Of a DNA stretch of 64,000 bases, positions 11,383 through 22,000 are shown one piece after another. The DNA lies in NCBI RefSeq assembly GCF_963506605.1, contig NC_083287.1:59458001-59522000 (forward strand), given 5' to 3'. Under the pieces are notes generated by a model. That model was not told the origin of the DNA. It did no database searches and saw nothing but the letters and a program-made list of their open reading frames with translations. The stretch's first letter is position 1. The number at the start of each line of letters is the position of its first letter. Source of the DNA: Zootoca vivipara. Taxonomy: Eukaryota. The translations under genes and the position numbers were made by a program.

Positions 11383-14330
11383 TCTTTCTATTTATTCTCA
11401 TCTGTGTTTAACACATAGTTTTACTTGTATTTTTTGTGGACAATGGCTTATAATTCTTTGTTGTATTTTAAATGTAATTCTACTAGTGTTTTTAATCATT
11501 TGACATAATCCTTCAAATATTTCCTAAACTTATTCCATTCTTTTCGGTACCTTTGTTCTTTTTGGTCTCTTAGACTTCCTGTCATTTTTGCCAACTCTAA
11601 ATATTCTGTCATTTTCTCTCTCCACTCGTCTACACTTGGGACCTCTGGTGTCTTCCACTTTTGGGCTAAGACGATTCTCGCTGCCGTAGTAGCGTACATG
11701 AAGAGGTTTTGGTCTTCCTTCTTAATCTCCCTCCCCAGTATACCCAACAGCATTTCTTCAGGTTTCTTTGGGAAAGTGTAACACAATAATCTTTTTAATT
11801 CGTTGTAGATTAATTCCCAATAGATCTTTACCTTGTTGCACGTCCACCAAAGATGGTAGAAATCCCCATCTTTTATATTACATTTCCAACATTTCTTATT
11901 ATTTGTTTTATATATTTTAGCCAGTTTGACGGGCGTAAGATGCCACCTGTACATCATTTTCATGATGTTTTCCTTCAATATTATACAGGCAGTGAACTTG
12001 ATCTGGTGGTTCCACAACTTTTGCCATTGATCTATATTTATATTATGGCCCAGGTCCACTGCCCACTTAATCATACATTCTTTTGTCGCCTCGTCTTTCG
12101 TGTGCCATTCAAGTAAAAGATCGTACATTTTGGACAGTAGTTTCTCGTTACCTTCCACTAATTCTGATTGGAATTTAGATTTTTTGTTTTCAAATCCGTG
12201 GTTCTTCCTATCTTTCATGAACAGGGCATTAATTTGATGATACTGCAGCCATCCTATTCCTATTTCTTTTAGTTGTTCGTATGGCTTAATTCTCCAGCCT
12301 TCTTTCGAATCTATGAGGATATCATCATACCGTAACCAATTTGCCTCCATGTTTGTCTTTTTTATACTTAGGACCTCTGTTGGCGACAGCCACCTTGGAG
12401 TTTTCCTTTCTAGGAGATGTTTATTTCTAACCCAAACCTCATATAGTGGTTTCCTAATTACATGGGTTATAAACCCTTTATGTCCCATTTTTTTCTCATA
12501 CCAAAGGTAACTGTGCCAACCGAACACGTTGTTAAACCCCTCGAGGTCCAGGAGGTCAGTATCTTTAAGTGTCACCCATTCTTTCAACCATGTAATACAG
12601 GATGCCTCATAATACATTTGGAGATCTGGTAGTGCGAAACCGCCTCGTTCTTTTTTATCAATTAGGAGTTTATGTCTTATTCTAGGCGGTTTCCCCTGCC
12701 ATATATATTTCGAAATCTCCTTTCTCCATTCTGAGAATTGCCCGGTACCTTTTATAACCGGTGCCATCTGAAATAAGAACAGGAACCTTGGCAAAATGTT
12801 CATTTTCACGGTGGCAATCCTGCCCCATAACGACAGCTGTAGATTCTTCCAGATTGCCAAGTCCTAAACCGGAACGTTTTCCGCAGGCGCCAAAAGGAAT
12901 CCTGTGAAGGCGTTTGCCTGGAGTCAAGAGGCAGGGAGTTCCAAAGCATCTACCTAACACCTGGCTGGGAAGGAGGTTTGGGGCTCCTGAGGGCCTCGAG
13001 GGGGACTCTTCTCCTCCCCCCCCCTGCCACTCACCTCTGGGCGCACTGAGGCGTGGGCAGGATGGCATCAGGCAGCGTCACCTTGTTCCTCTCGGGGATG
13101 GCGCCCCCTCCGTGGTGAGTGTGATTGACAGGTCGGTTGGCAAAGAGCACGTCATACTCCACACAGCACAGGAGGAAGGTGGTGAAGGTGACCACAAACA
13201 GGAACTGCCTGCGGGGAGAGGAGGAGCCCAGGGGGGTCAGGAGAGCCCCCTCTGCCCAGGCCCAGCCAGTCCCAGAGTTGGAAGGGGCTCCCAGGGCACA
13301 CCTGGTCCAATGCGTTCCCTGGTGGGACCCTTGGCTCAGGCACACCCACAGCCGCCGTGGGGGCTCCCTCTCACCCCCTGCCCTGCCCCTGGGCCTCCCC
13401 ATGGACGAGAAGATCGAGGGGTCATACGAGGGCTCCCTCCAAATATCTGAAGGCCTGCTGTGTGGAAGATGATCAGGCTTGTTTCCTGGTGGGCTCTCCT
13501 TCCCAGGAGGTTTTTAAGCAGAGCTTGGATGGGAATCCTAAGCCACAACCAGAGGACCCTTGGGGACCCTTCCAACTCTAGGAAGATCGGTCCCAGAGCA
13601 AAAAGAGAGGAGGGTGGGCAGATGCTCCCCACTTGGGAGCAGCCCTGCCCCAAATGCCCACCAGCTCCCCCCTCCTCCTCCTCCTCCTCCCAGGGCCCAG
13701 CAATGACTTTTGGGGTACTCACACCAGCTCAAAGATGTCAGAGAGCATCATGCAGGCAAAGCCGTTCTTTTGGTGGAAATGGTAGATGTGCAGGATGTTA
13801 AGGAAAACCACTCTGATACGCTTTGCCTTGAAGACCCCCCCCTGCAAACGCCTGGAAAAGAGGGGGGCAGCACATAGCACCCCCTTCCCCGGGATTCCAG
13901 GTGCCTTCTGGGGCCCCTGAGCTCCACATGCTCCTCCAGCCCCGCACAGGGAGGGAAATGCACTTTGCTCGTGCTCGGAGGTGCTCCCCAGCTGCTGGGA
14001 AGTCCTTGGAACATATTCCTGCCAACTCTGGCCCAGCGGCTCTGCAGAGCAAGAGAAGCCCAAGAACCAGGAAGGATATTTTGGTGAAGAAGTTGTCCAA
14101 GTTCTTGATGTGATGCCAGGAATCTGCAAGGGAGGAAAGAGTGAGAAGGGGAGCTTGGCTGAAAGGACCCCCCCGGCTGCCCTCTGCCCTCCCAAGGCCT
14201 GGGGAGGGGTACCTTTCAGCCCCTCTGTGACGTGCACCAGCAGCTCCTTCTCATCCTCGGGGGGAGAGTCTTCCTCTTCGTAGTCTGGGAGGCGATGATA
14301 ATCGCCATAGTGGCTCCCACTGACCTCCAT
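3138..14330 (-). CDS. ATG9B: Autophagy-related protein 9B, about 782 aa. Coding exons: 14330-14213, 14123-14080, 13787-13723, 13208-13035, 10442-10301, 9110-8362, 7536-7383, 6252-6073, 5088-4840, 4746-4550, 4207-4105, 3897-3834, 3247-3138
   Basis: ATG9 motifs are present ([82 protein letters not shown]) and all intron phases are consistent. Position between NOS3 and ABCB8 supports the B paralogue. The last three exons are less certain and an extra exon at about 3600-3720 cannot be excluded. Confidence 0.9.
5280..5578 (-). mobile_element. Young CR1 LINE 3' fragment
   Basis: Encodes [39 protein letters not shown] (CR1 ORF2 C-terminus) and ends in an ATTCTATG-like tail. Confidence 0.9.
6864..7214 (+). 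mobile_element. Sauria SINE
   Basis: tRNA-like head with B-box (gttcgaatcc), characteristic body (gcagttcgaaagc...gtgcaagtagataaatagg) and (ACCTTT)n tail. Confidence 0.88.
9300..9344. repeat. (GAAT)n microsatellite
   Basis: Seen directly in the sequence. Confidence 0.95.
11027..12863 (-). mobile_element. 5'-truncated L1-clade LINE with open ORF2 C-terminus (454 aa, 11496-12860), 3'UTR and poly(A) tail
   Basis: Translation contains [32 protein letters not shown] and a CCHC knuckle (CWKC...HLWWTC). Poly(A) at 11027-11039. A perfect 19-bp TSD (ctaaaccggaacgttttcc) lies at 11008-11026 and 12864-12882. Confidence 0.92.
13788..14079 (-). other. U12-type (minor spliceosome) AT-AC intron of ATG9B, 292 bp
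   Basis: Donor ATATCCTT at 14079-14072, branch site TTCCTTAAC at 13805-13797, acceptor AC at 13789-13788. Splicing joins ...NFFTK|[10 protein letters not shown] in frame. Confidence 0.93.
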
Positions 14331-15009
14331 GGGGTTCGCTGAGCTGCCCGGCTCCCGTCAGACCCTGATTGGGACACAGGGAGAAGGGGCAGATTATCAC
14401 TGCTGTTGCATTTCTATCCCACGTTTCCCCCTCCAAGGAGCTCCAGGTCATGTGCAGAGTTCTCTGCCTCCCCATTTCATCCAGTAGGTTAGGCTGAGAG
14501 GCAGTGACCGGCCTCCTGAGTCACAAGCGGAGGCTCTGATACAAGGCCATCTCCAAGACCCTTGGGGAGGGGCAGCCCCCCAATTCCAGCCGGGGGTCGC
14601 CAGGGACCACTCCCCACTAGCCAGCATTGGGGCTGTGGTCAGGGAGAGTGGAGAGACTTGGCTGAAGGGGGGCAGGGGGTCCCAGGAGGGGAAACTGGGG
14701 GCTGACCAGTTGCTGGATATTGGGAAGAGGAACAAGGAAGTTTTTAGGTAACCATCAGTAGAAAGCAAGTGGGAGACTTTGGGCCTGTTTCTCCTCGTCT
14801 TCCTCATTTTGTTTGCATGCCACTTTTCCATAGTTAAAGCAACATGCTAAGCTTTACATAATCACAAACATTACAAAAGTTAGAGATCAGTAAAACACAT
14901 CAAAAAGTACACAACCAAATTGAAACAATTTATACATAAATCAAAATAAGATCTAAAAATGCAGATACAAAATTTCAAAGAGGCCTAGAGCAGTAGAGGT
15001 GGAAGGGAA

Positions 15010-15235
15010 AAGAAAGAAGATTCCACCTAAACATTAGGAAGAGCTTCCTGACAGTAAGAGCTGTTCGACAGTGGAATTTGCTACCAAGGAGTGTGGTGGA
15101 GTCTCCTTCTTTGGAGGTCTTTAAGCAGAGGCTTGACAGGCATATGTCAAGAATGCTTTGGTGGTGTTTCCTGCTTGGCAGGGGGTTGGACTGGATGGCC
15201 CTTGTGGTCTCTTCCAACTCTAGGATTCTATGATC
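15010..15235 (+). mobile_element. Young CR1 LINE 3' fragment
   Basis: Near-identical to the other CR1 3' ends in the window. Confidence 0.88.
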
Positions 15236-17045
15236 CTAGTTGCACTAGGGTCATCTAGTCCAACCCCCTACAATGCAGGACTCTCCGCTAAAGCAGCCGT
15301 GTCGAGAGGCCACCCAAGGAAGGAGAATGCACCACCAACCTCTGCCAAACAGCTCTTACTGGTAAGGTAAGGATGGTAAGGAAAAGGGGGGACCTGAGAA
15401 TTGGGGGTGAAACAGCAAAGATGGAGATAGGAGCAGAGCCTGGGAAACAAGAGAGCAGGTCTCCCCAAGAAAGAAGGACCCAGCTGGCCTGGGCTTCAGA
15501 AGCAAGTCTCCAGGGTTTTTCCAGCTGACAGGCTGGCCCGGAAAGAGAGAGGAGCATTTATTTACTTCCTGTCCTTCAGCCCAAGGTCCCATGGTTGCAA
15601 CTTTAAAAGACAATATTGAAAACAGTTCAAACAACTTGCCACCAGAGAGATACGGTGGGTCCTAAATATATACACCTTAAGTGTCCAAGGTCAGGGTGAG
15701 AGAGGCGCATCTTCGCATCCTCCAGAAGCTGTACAGTGGGAAGCAGTCCTGCAGCTTAGGGGCTGCCACAGAGAAGACCCTTTCCTGGGGCACCTGCTAG
15801 CTACCCCGAGCCTCTGAGGGCAGAGGAACAACCCCCAAGCCCCCCCCCCCTGCTGATCTCAGCACCCAAGAGGGTCTGTAGGAAAGGAGGCAGGTTGGGG
15901 CCGGGGCTGTCTGAATAGCTGTCCTTGTTTGGCCAGGCTTGGTGTTTGGCAAGGGACAGGGAGAAAAGGGGCGAGAAAGCCGGGCGGAGAGGAAGTCTCT
16001 CGGGCAGCCTGCCTTTAAGGTGAGAAGCATCTCTCTTCTTCTCAAGCGGGGCTTGTACATTCACAAAGAAAACAAGGACAGTAAATCGTGTCTGCTGAGG
16101 GTTTGAGAAACGGGTTCTGACTTTTCAGGTGGGGTGGGGGTGGGGAGAGTAACTTGATCTCTTGGGCTCTGCTGGCAAAAGCCTCCGGCTATTGCAACCT
16201 GGGGAGTGGGGTGAGGAGGAAGGTAAGGCCTTAGCTTAAGAGTCCCAGAAGGAGCCTGGCATTCCCTTGTTTACTTTTTGCAAATGACAGAGATTGACAG
16301 GAGAAAGGAGTCTGCCTGAGTGGTGTGATGGGGGTCCTTCTTCACAACTCCAGGCCAATATCTAGCCTCCCTTCTCATGCAGATGCTTGCCTGGGCAAAA
16401 CCTGGCTCTTTCCTTTGAGGGCACTTCCAAACAAGCCCTGCTTGGTGCGCTCCGGCTTGCCAGAGCCTAGATCCAGCCCTCCACGCGGAAGACCCATTCC
16501 CTCTCACACTCTACACCTGCAGAGGCCAGGAATGCCCTGGATCCGGTCCACCTGCCTTGCCCCATTTCCTGCCACTTGCTGAGTCACTTCCCAGCCTTCC
16601 CAACCTGGCGCCTTCCAGCTGCTTTGCGCTACAACTCCCACCAGCCCCAGCCGGCACACCTGGGCTGCTCCAGGCAAAGCTCCAGCAGGACAGATCCACC
16701 CCCCCCCCCCGGCCACTGGACAAAGGAGGGAGGAGAGAGGGCTCAGCTTCATGGTTCTCCAAGATACCAACGCAGAAAGACAGAGCAAGAAGCTCAAGCA
16801 GAGATCAACACAAGTGTGTGTCCCCCACGCCCTCCTCCAGGGGCATCCCTCCCACCCCTCAGAAAGCCCCCTTGGACCGGGACAGACTCTTGGGCCCCAG
16901 GCCCAGCCCCAAACTGCCACAGACAAGATTGTAGTGGTTGGGTCAGAGTTGCCATCCAAAGCATCGGGGGGGGGGCACCAGGTTGAAGAATGCCGAGTTC
17001 CAGCTCCTGTCCCCCCTCTGCCCCCCCCAGCCAAGAGAGCTCCAC

Positions 17046-17087
<42 letters not shown>

Positions 17088-17103
17088 AACAAACACACAC
17101 ACA
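17046..17103. repeat. (CT)n(CA)n compound microsatellite
   Basis: Seen directly in the sequence. Confidence 0.95.
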
Positions 17104-17779
17104 ACTTTCTTTTAAGAAAGTGACAGCCGTCCCCCCTCTCAGGGCTCCCCCCCTCCCCGCTTTACCGCTGCCCAAGAGAGATCTGCTTGGGGTGTCTGGG
17201 GGATCCGCCAGTGTTGGTGTCCGGCAGGGAAAACAGCCCTTTCCTGCTGGCCTTGCAAGAGCCCTGAGTCACCCAGGAGACGGCTCGGGGCAGAGGGAGG
17301 ACCAGATCCCAGCAGCGGCTCAGAGAGGCTCAGGACCAGGGAGGAGAAGCAGACAGAACCAGGATTCAGCCCCCAGCCAGGGGGAAGACAGGGGGCTGGG
17401 CTTCTCCCCTATCCCACCATATGGAGGCGGGGGGGGGGAGGGAGGGAGGCACCAGGCGAGCTAAAAATACCCAGGGCAGCAAATTCATAAACAACCCCGG
17501 ACCGGGTAAACATGCTGTACAACTGGCAGGACGCCACCCGGGTGACTCTTAAGGAAGCGGGGGGGGGGGGTGAGTCACTGGCAGGCACTCTGCATCCCCA
17601 CTAGGCCTCACAGTCCCCCCCCCGGAAAAAAAAGGAGAGAGAGGCTCCTCCATGGCAAGGTGCCCTCTTGGGCAAGGCAGGACCTACTCTGGCTCTGACC
17701 AGAGGCCCTCTTGGCACAGAAGCCCCCCCCCCCAGGCCATGCTCCGCTCCCAGAACCCCCCTGCCCCCAAAACCACAAC

Positions 17780-19050
17780 AGCAGCAGCAGCCGCCCCTTC
17801 GAGGATCCTGGCCTGCGCGGAGCCAGAGGCGCCTCGTCTCCCCTCCTGGATCTTGGGCTGGAGGCGGAGGGACCGCGACTGAACCCTCCCAGACTCCGTA
17901 GACCCATGCAAGAAGAGCAGCAGAAACAGACCCGCCCGGGGGGGGGAGGGGGCCGGCTTGGCAGGGCTGGCGTGGCGGCCGAGGGAGCCTGACCTGGGCG
18001 GGGGGCTTTCTCTCGCTTTCTCCGCCCTAGGGCTCCGCGGCGGCGGCGGCTCCTCCCGGGCCGGGCCGGGCTGCTCCTGCTCGTGCTGCCATCGCTGCGC
18101 GCGGCCCGAGGAGGCTCTTCCGGGGCTGGCGCGGGCCACCTGCCAGCTGTTTCGCTGGGGCTCAGCGGCCGCGGGAGGGGAGCTGGGGGCCCGCCCGAGC
18201 GGTGGGGCAGCGGCGGCGCATGCCGGGCGGAGACGAGGCCTGGCGTCGGCGATCGCTGCAAGCCCTTCGCCCGGGCCAGTCAGCGCTTGGCGATCCGGCG
18301 TCGGCGGCCGGGCATGGCTCCCCCCGCGGCGCTGCCGCCCTAGCTTCCCTGGGCGCGGAGGCAGGAGGCAGGGCACACGCCGCGCCCCTCCTCCTGGCTC
18401 CGCCCCCCGGCGCCAGCCACGCCCCCGCCCCCTCGCGCGCAGGCGCGCAGGGCATTGTGGGCCGGCGTCGTTGGAGGCGGTTTCAACATGGTGGCCGCGG
18501 GGCTGCTGTGAGGAGAGGGAGGACGGGGACGCAGCGGCGGCGGCGCCCGCTACCGCCATGTTGGTGCGGCTGCTGCTGCAGCTCCCGCGGCCGGGGCCGC
18601 TCTCCGGGGGCCGCGGCGGCGCGTCCTACTGCTGCTGGCGGGCCCCGGGGCGGGCGGCCGAGAGAGGGCCCTTCCGGGCCTTGCTCGTTGCCAGGTAACC
18701 GTCGCCCGCGCGGGGCAGGCCGGGAGCGCCTCGCCTGAGCCGCCTTGGGGGGCTGGTTGTCTTCCTCTCCGCGAGGGGCAGCCTGGTCGCCGGAGTCCGC
18801 GCTCCGCCTCGGCCTCCCGCGCAGCACGCTGGGAAGTGAAGTCCGCTGCCTGCCTGTGGAGCCCGTCTGCCCCCCCCCAGGGGACGCTGGGAAACGGACT
18901 CCTCGCGCTCTCCTGGCCCTTTGGCCCGAGGGCGTCCGGCCCGTGGGGGGGCAGGTCCAAAAAGGGGGCGGGGAGACACAGCAAGCGGCCCCCCTTCGCC
19001 AAGAAGCCTGCGAAGCGAGGAGCCAGCAGTCCCGAGCCTTTGCAGAGCTC
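17780..19050. promoter_or_regulatory. CpG island, probable bidirectional ATG9B/ABCB8 promoter
   Basis: Very GC- and CpG-rich with GC boxes. It contains the ABCB8 start codon and lies upstream of ATG9B on the opposite strand. Confidence 0.8.
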
Positions 19051-22000
19051 TCCACCTTCCCCAGTAGCTCCTCCCAGAGGCCCTTGGCAGGTGCAAGAGT
19101 TTTTCACAATTTCAGACGTGTAAAAACATTTAAAAGATAATTGCAATGAACACAAAGCTAAAGAGATCAAAACACACCAACACCCCCCTTCTTCTAGATA
19201 AAAAGGTAAAGGACCCCTGGCAGTTAAGTCACTCTGGGGTTGCGGCGTTCATCTCGCTTTATTGGCCGAGGGAGCCAGCCGACGTTTGTCCGCAGACAGT
19301 TTTTCCACGTCATGTGGCCAGCATGACTAAGCTGCTTCTGGCGAAACCAGAGCAGTGCAAGAAAAAGCCGTTTAGCTTCCCGCTGGAGTGGTACCTATTT
19401 ATCTACTTGCATTTTAATGTGCTTTCAAACTGCTAGGTGGGCAGAAGCATGGACCGAGCAACGGGAGCTCACCCCGTCGCGGGGATTCAAACTGCCAATT
19501 CTGATTGGCAAGCCCCAGTCTCAGTAGTTTAACCACAGCGCCAACCGCGTCCCTCCTAGATAGGCTTCCTGAAAAAGCCTGGCAGAATAAAAAGATACTT
19601 GTCCCCTGGTTGAATATTTAGCCTTTGCTTCCACCTAAGATCTCAGGGTGGCAAATGGAGGAGGGCTTCCCATCTGGCATCTTCCTGGCTAGGAGCCGTC
19701 TAGGCCTAACTAAGCCATGCTGGTCCAGTTGCAGGCTCTCAAAGCAGGGAAAAGGACATGCCACAGGCAGGCTTCTGCAGAGAAACTTGTTTCCTGAGCG
19801 AAGACAATTTGGTTCAGCAGGAGGCTTTTTCTGTGAGAGCCGCTTCCTGCTGAATGGACCGGCAGCTACTTTCACTTCCTGTTAACAAATGAGAGGCAGA
19901 AAGAAGCTTCACTGAGGCTGAATAAGGGGGTTGCATCCAGGATTCCTACATCCAGCCCAAAGGCCTTTTTGAACCAGTCTGACTTTCCCTGCCTTTGTAG
20001 TCCCAGATTTGGTGAACTCAGCCAGGCCACCTCTCTTAAGGAGAGAGTGTGGTCCTGGGGATGGAGAACAAAACAATGGTCTTGCCAGGGATTCCCTAAG
20101 TGTCCTGGAGTGAGTTGTGCCAATGACCCCTCAGCTTCATTTTCTCACCTGCGAATAACAGTAACTTATGGAGTTCTTAGGATTACATTTTTCTGATCAC
20201 TATGGCATTCAGGGGATCGTACGGACTTTGGAAGCAAACTGCTCTGTCAGTCAAAAGCCCTACCTAACGGTGTCTTTTTCAGCCATTGACCTGAATTGAG
20301 ATGATTGGCTTTCTTTTCCTCCTCGCAGGTACTCAGGCAGCCATGCCAGGTTTTCATGCTTCCTGCGGGGTCCCAACCGCTTGGCCAAGCCATTCCCAGC
20401 CATGCTGCTGCTCTTGCCCCGCAGCCCCCTCCCACTGGGGCGGGTGGCTGCCTTCTTGGCAGGGCCAGCCTTGTTGGGACTGGGGGCGGGCTTCCGGCGG
20501 GCCTTCTGCCAGGAGGTCCAAAGGATTGAGATGGTGTGTGTCCCCCCACCTGTGGAGAAGGAGCCAGACTTTAACTGGGCCCTATTCTGGAAGTTCCTGC
20601 GCCCACAGCTGCTGGCACTGATTGCAGCAGTCTTGGTGAGTGCCCCTTCCTCTTCTCCCATTGATGGGGGGGGGGGGTTGTGGCCAGTTGTGTCCTGTGC
20701 AAATGATGGGGAAGGGGGTGTTCAAATTTTTGAGGGTGTGCACACGTGCCCAGGCCAACAATCACACCTGTGCAAAGGCTGACAAAGTCAGAAGGAAATG
20801 GAGCCCAAAGAAAGATGTGTAATGTGGGAAGGAGCAGAAAACCCCAGCCTGAGAGTTTGGACCAGAGGGTGAAATAACCATAGGCACAAATTGTGTAGTG
20901 TGACATTTCTGAGTCCAGCTGACTTTCCTCACCTTGCTTCTTTCCCTGCCTTCAGTTTGCCTTGGGAGCTGCATTGCTCAACATCCAGATCCCACTGTTG
21001 TTAGGCAAGATGGTAAATGTGGTGGCGCAGCACATGCGTGTGGCCGATTACCTCCGTGTGGCACGTCGGCCTGCCCTGCGTCTGTTGAGCATCTATGGTC
21101 TCCAGGTGGGTGCTAGAGGGATCTTTCTGGGAAGCGGCTCTTTGGCCCCAAGCTCAATTGCATTTGGGTGGATTTGGGTGGGGAGATGAGGGGACTGATG
21201 TGCATATGAACAACCAGGAGTCTTGTGGCACCTTAGAGACTAGAACATTGTGCATAGGTTTTCATGGACTCAAGCCCTCTTCTGCACATACATGTAGCGA
21301 AATCCTAGCAGGTATTTAAGGGATAAATTATAAGGTAAGAGTTGAGTGACAATGAGATGCAAAAAGTGCAGGTAGTGATAATTAGAGCTTAGGTAAAGGT
21401 AAAGGGACCCCTGACCATTAGGTCCAGTTGTGACCGACTCGGGTTGCGGCGCTCATCTCGCATTATTGGCCAAGGGAGCCGCCGTACAGCTTCCAGGTCA
21501 TGTGGCCAGCATGATAAAGCGCTTCTGGCGAATCAGAGCAGCACATGGAAACGCCGTTTACCTTCCCACTGTAGCAGTCCCTATTTATCTACTTGCACTT
21601 TGACGTGCTTTCAAACTGCTAGGTTGGCAGGAGCTGGGACCGAGCAACGGGAGCTCACCCCGTTGCAGGGATTCGAACCGCCGACCTTCTGATTGGCAAA
21701 CTCTAGGCTCTATGGTTTAACCCACAACGCCACCTGCTTAGATGTATGTTAATTTTGACTTTGCATTGCCAAGTCAAAGGGCAGGGAACCATTCACAAGA
21801 AACCCCCATAGACACAACACAAATAGTCTGGCACAGGTCAAGCTGTTTAATTTCATTTATTCATTTATTCATTCATTTATTCTCTCACCCTTCACCCTAA
21901 TGTCCCAGGGCAGGTTGTAACATAAAACACATTAAAAACAGTTTAAAACATTTTACAATCACAAAAGGAGATGGGTCCTAAGAATATTCACCCCAAGTGT

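Noticed and set aside
17608-19170. Many long overlapping Pro/Arg/Gly/Ala-rich ORFs
   Set aside because: Expected from stop-codon depletion in a CpG island. Only 18558-18694 (ABCB8 exon 1) is supported.
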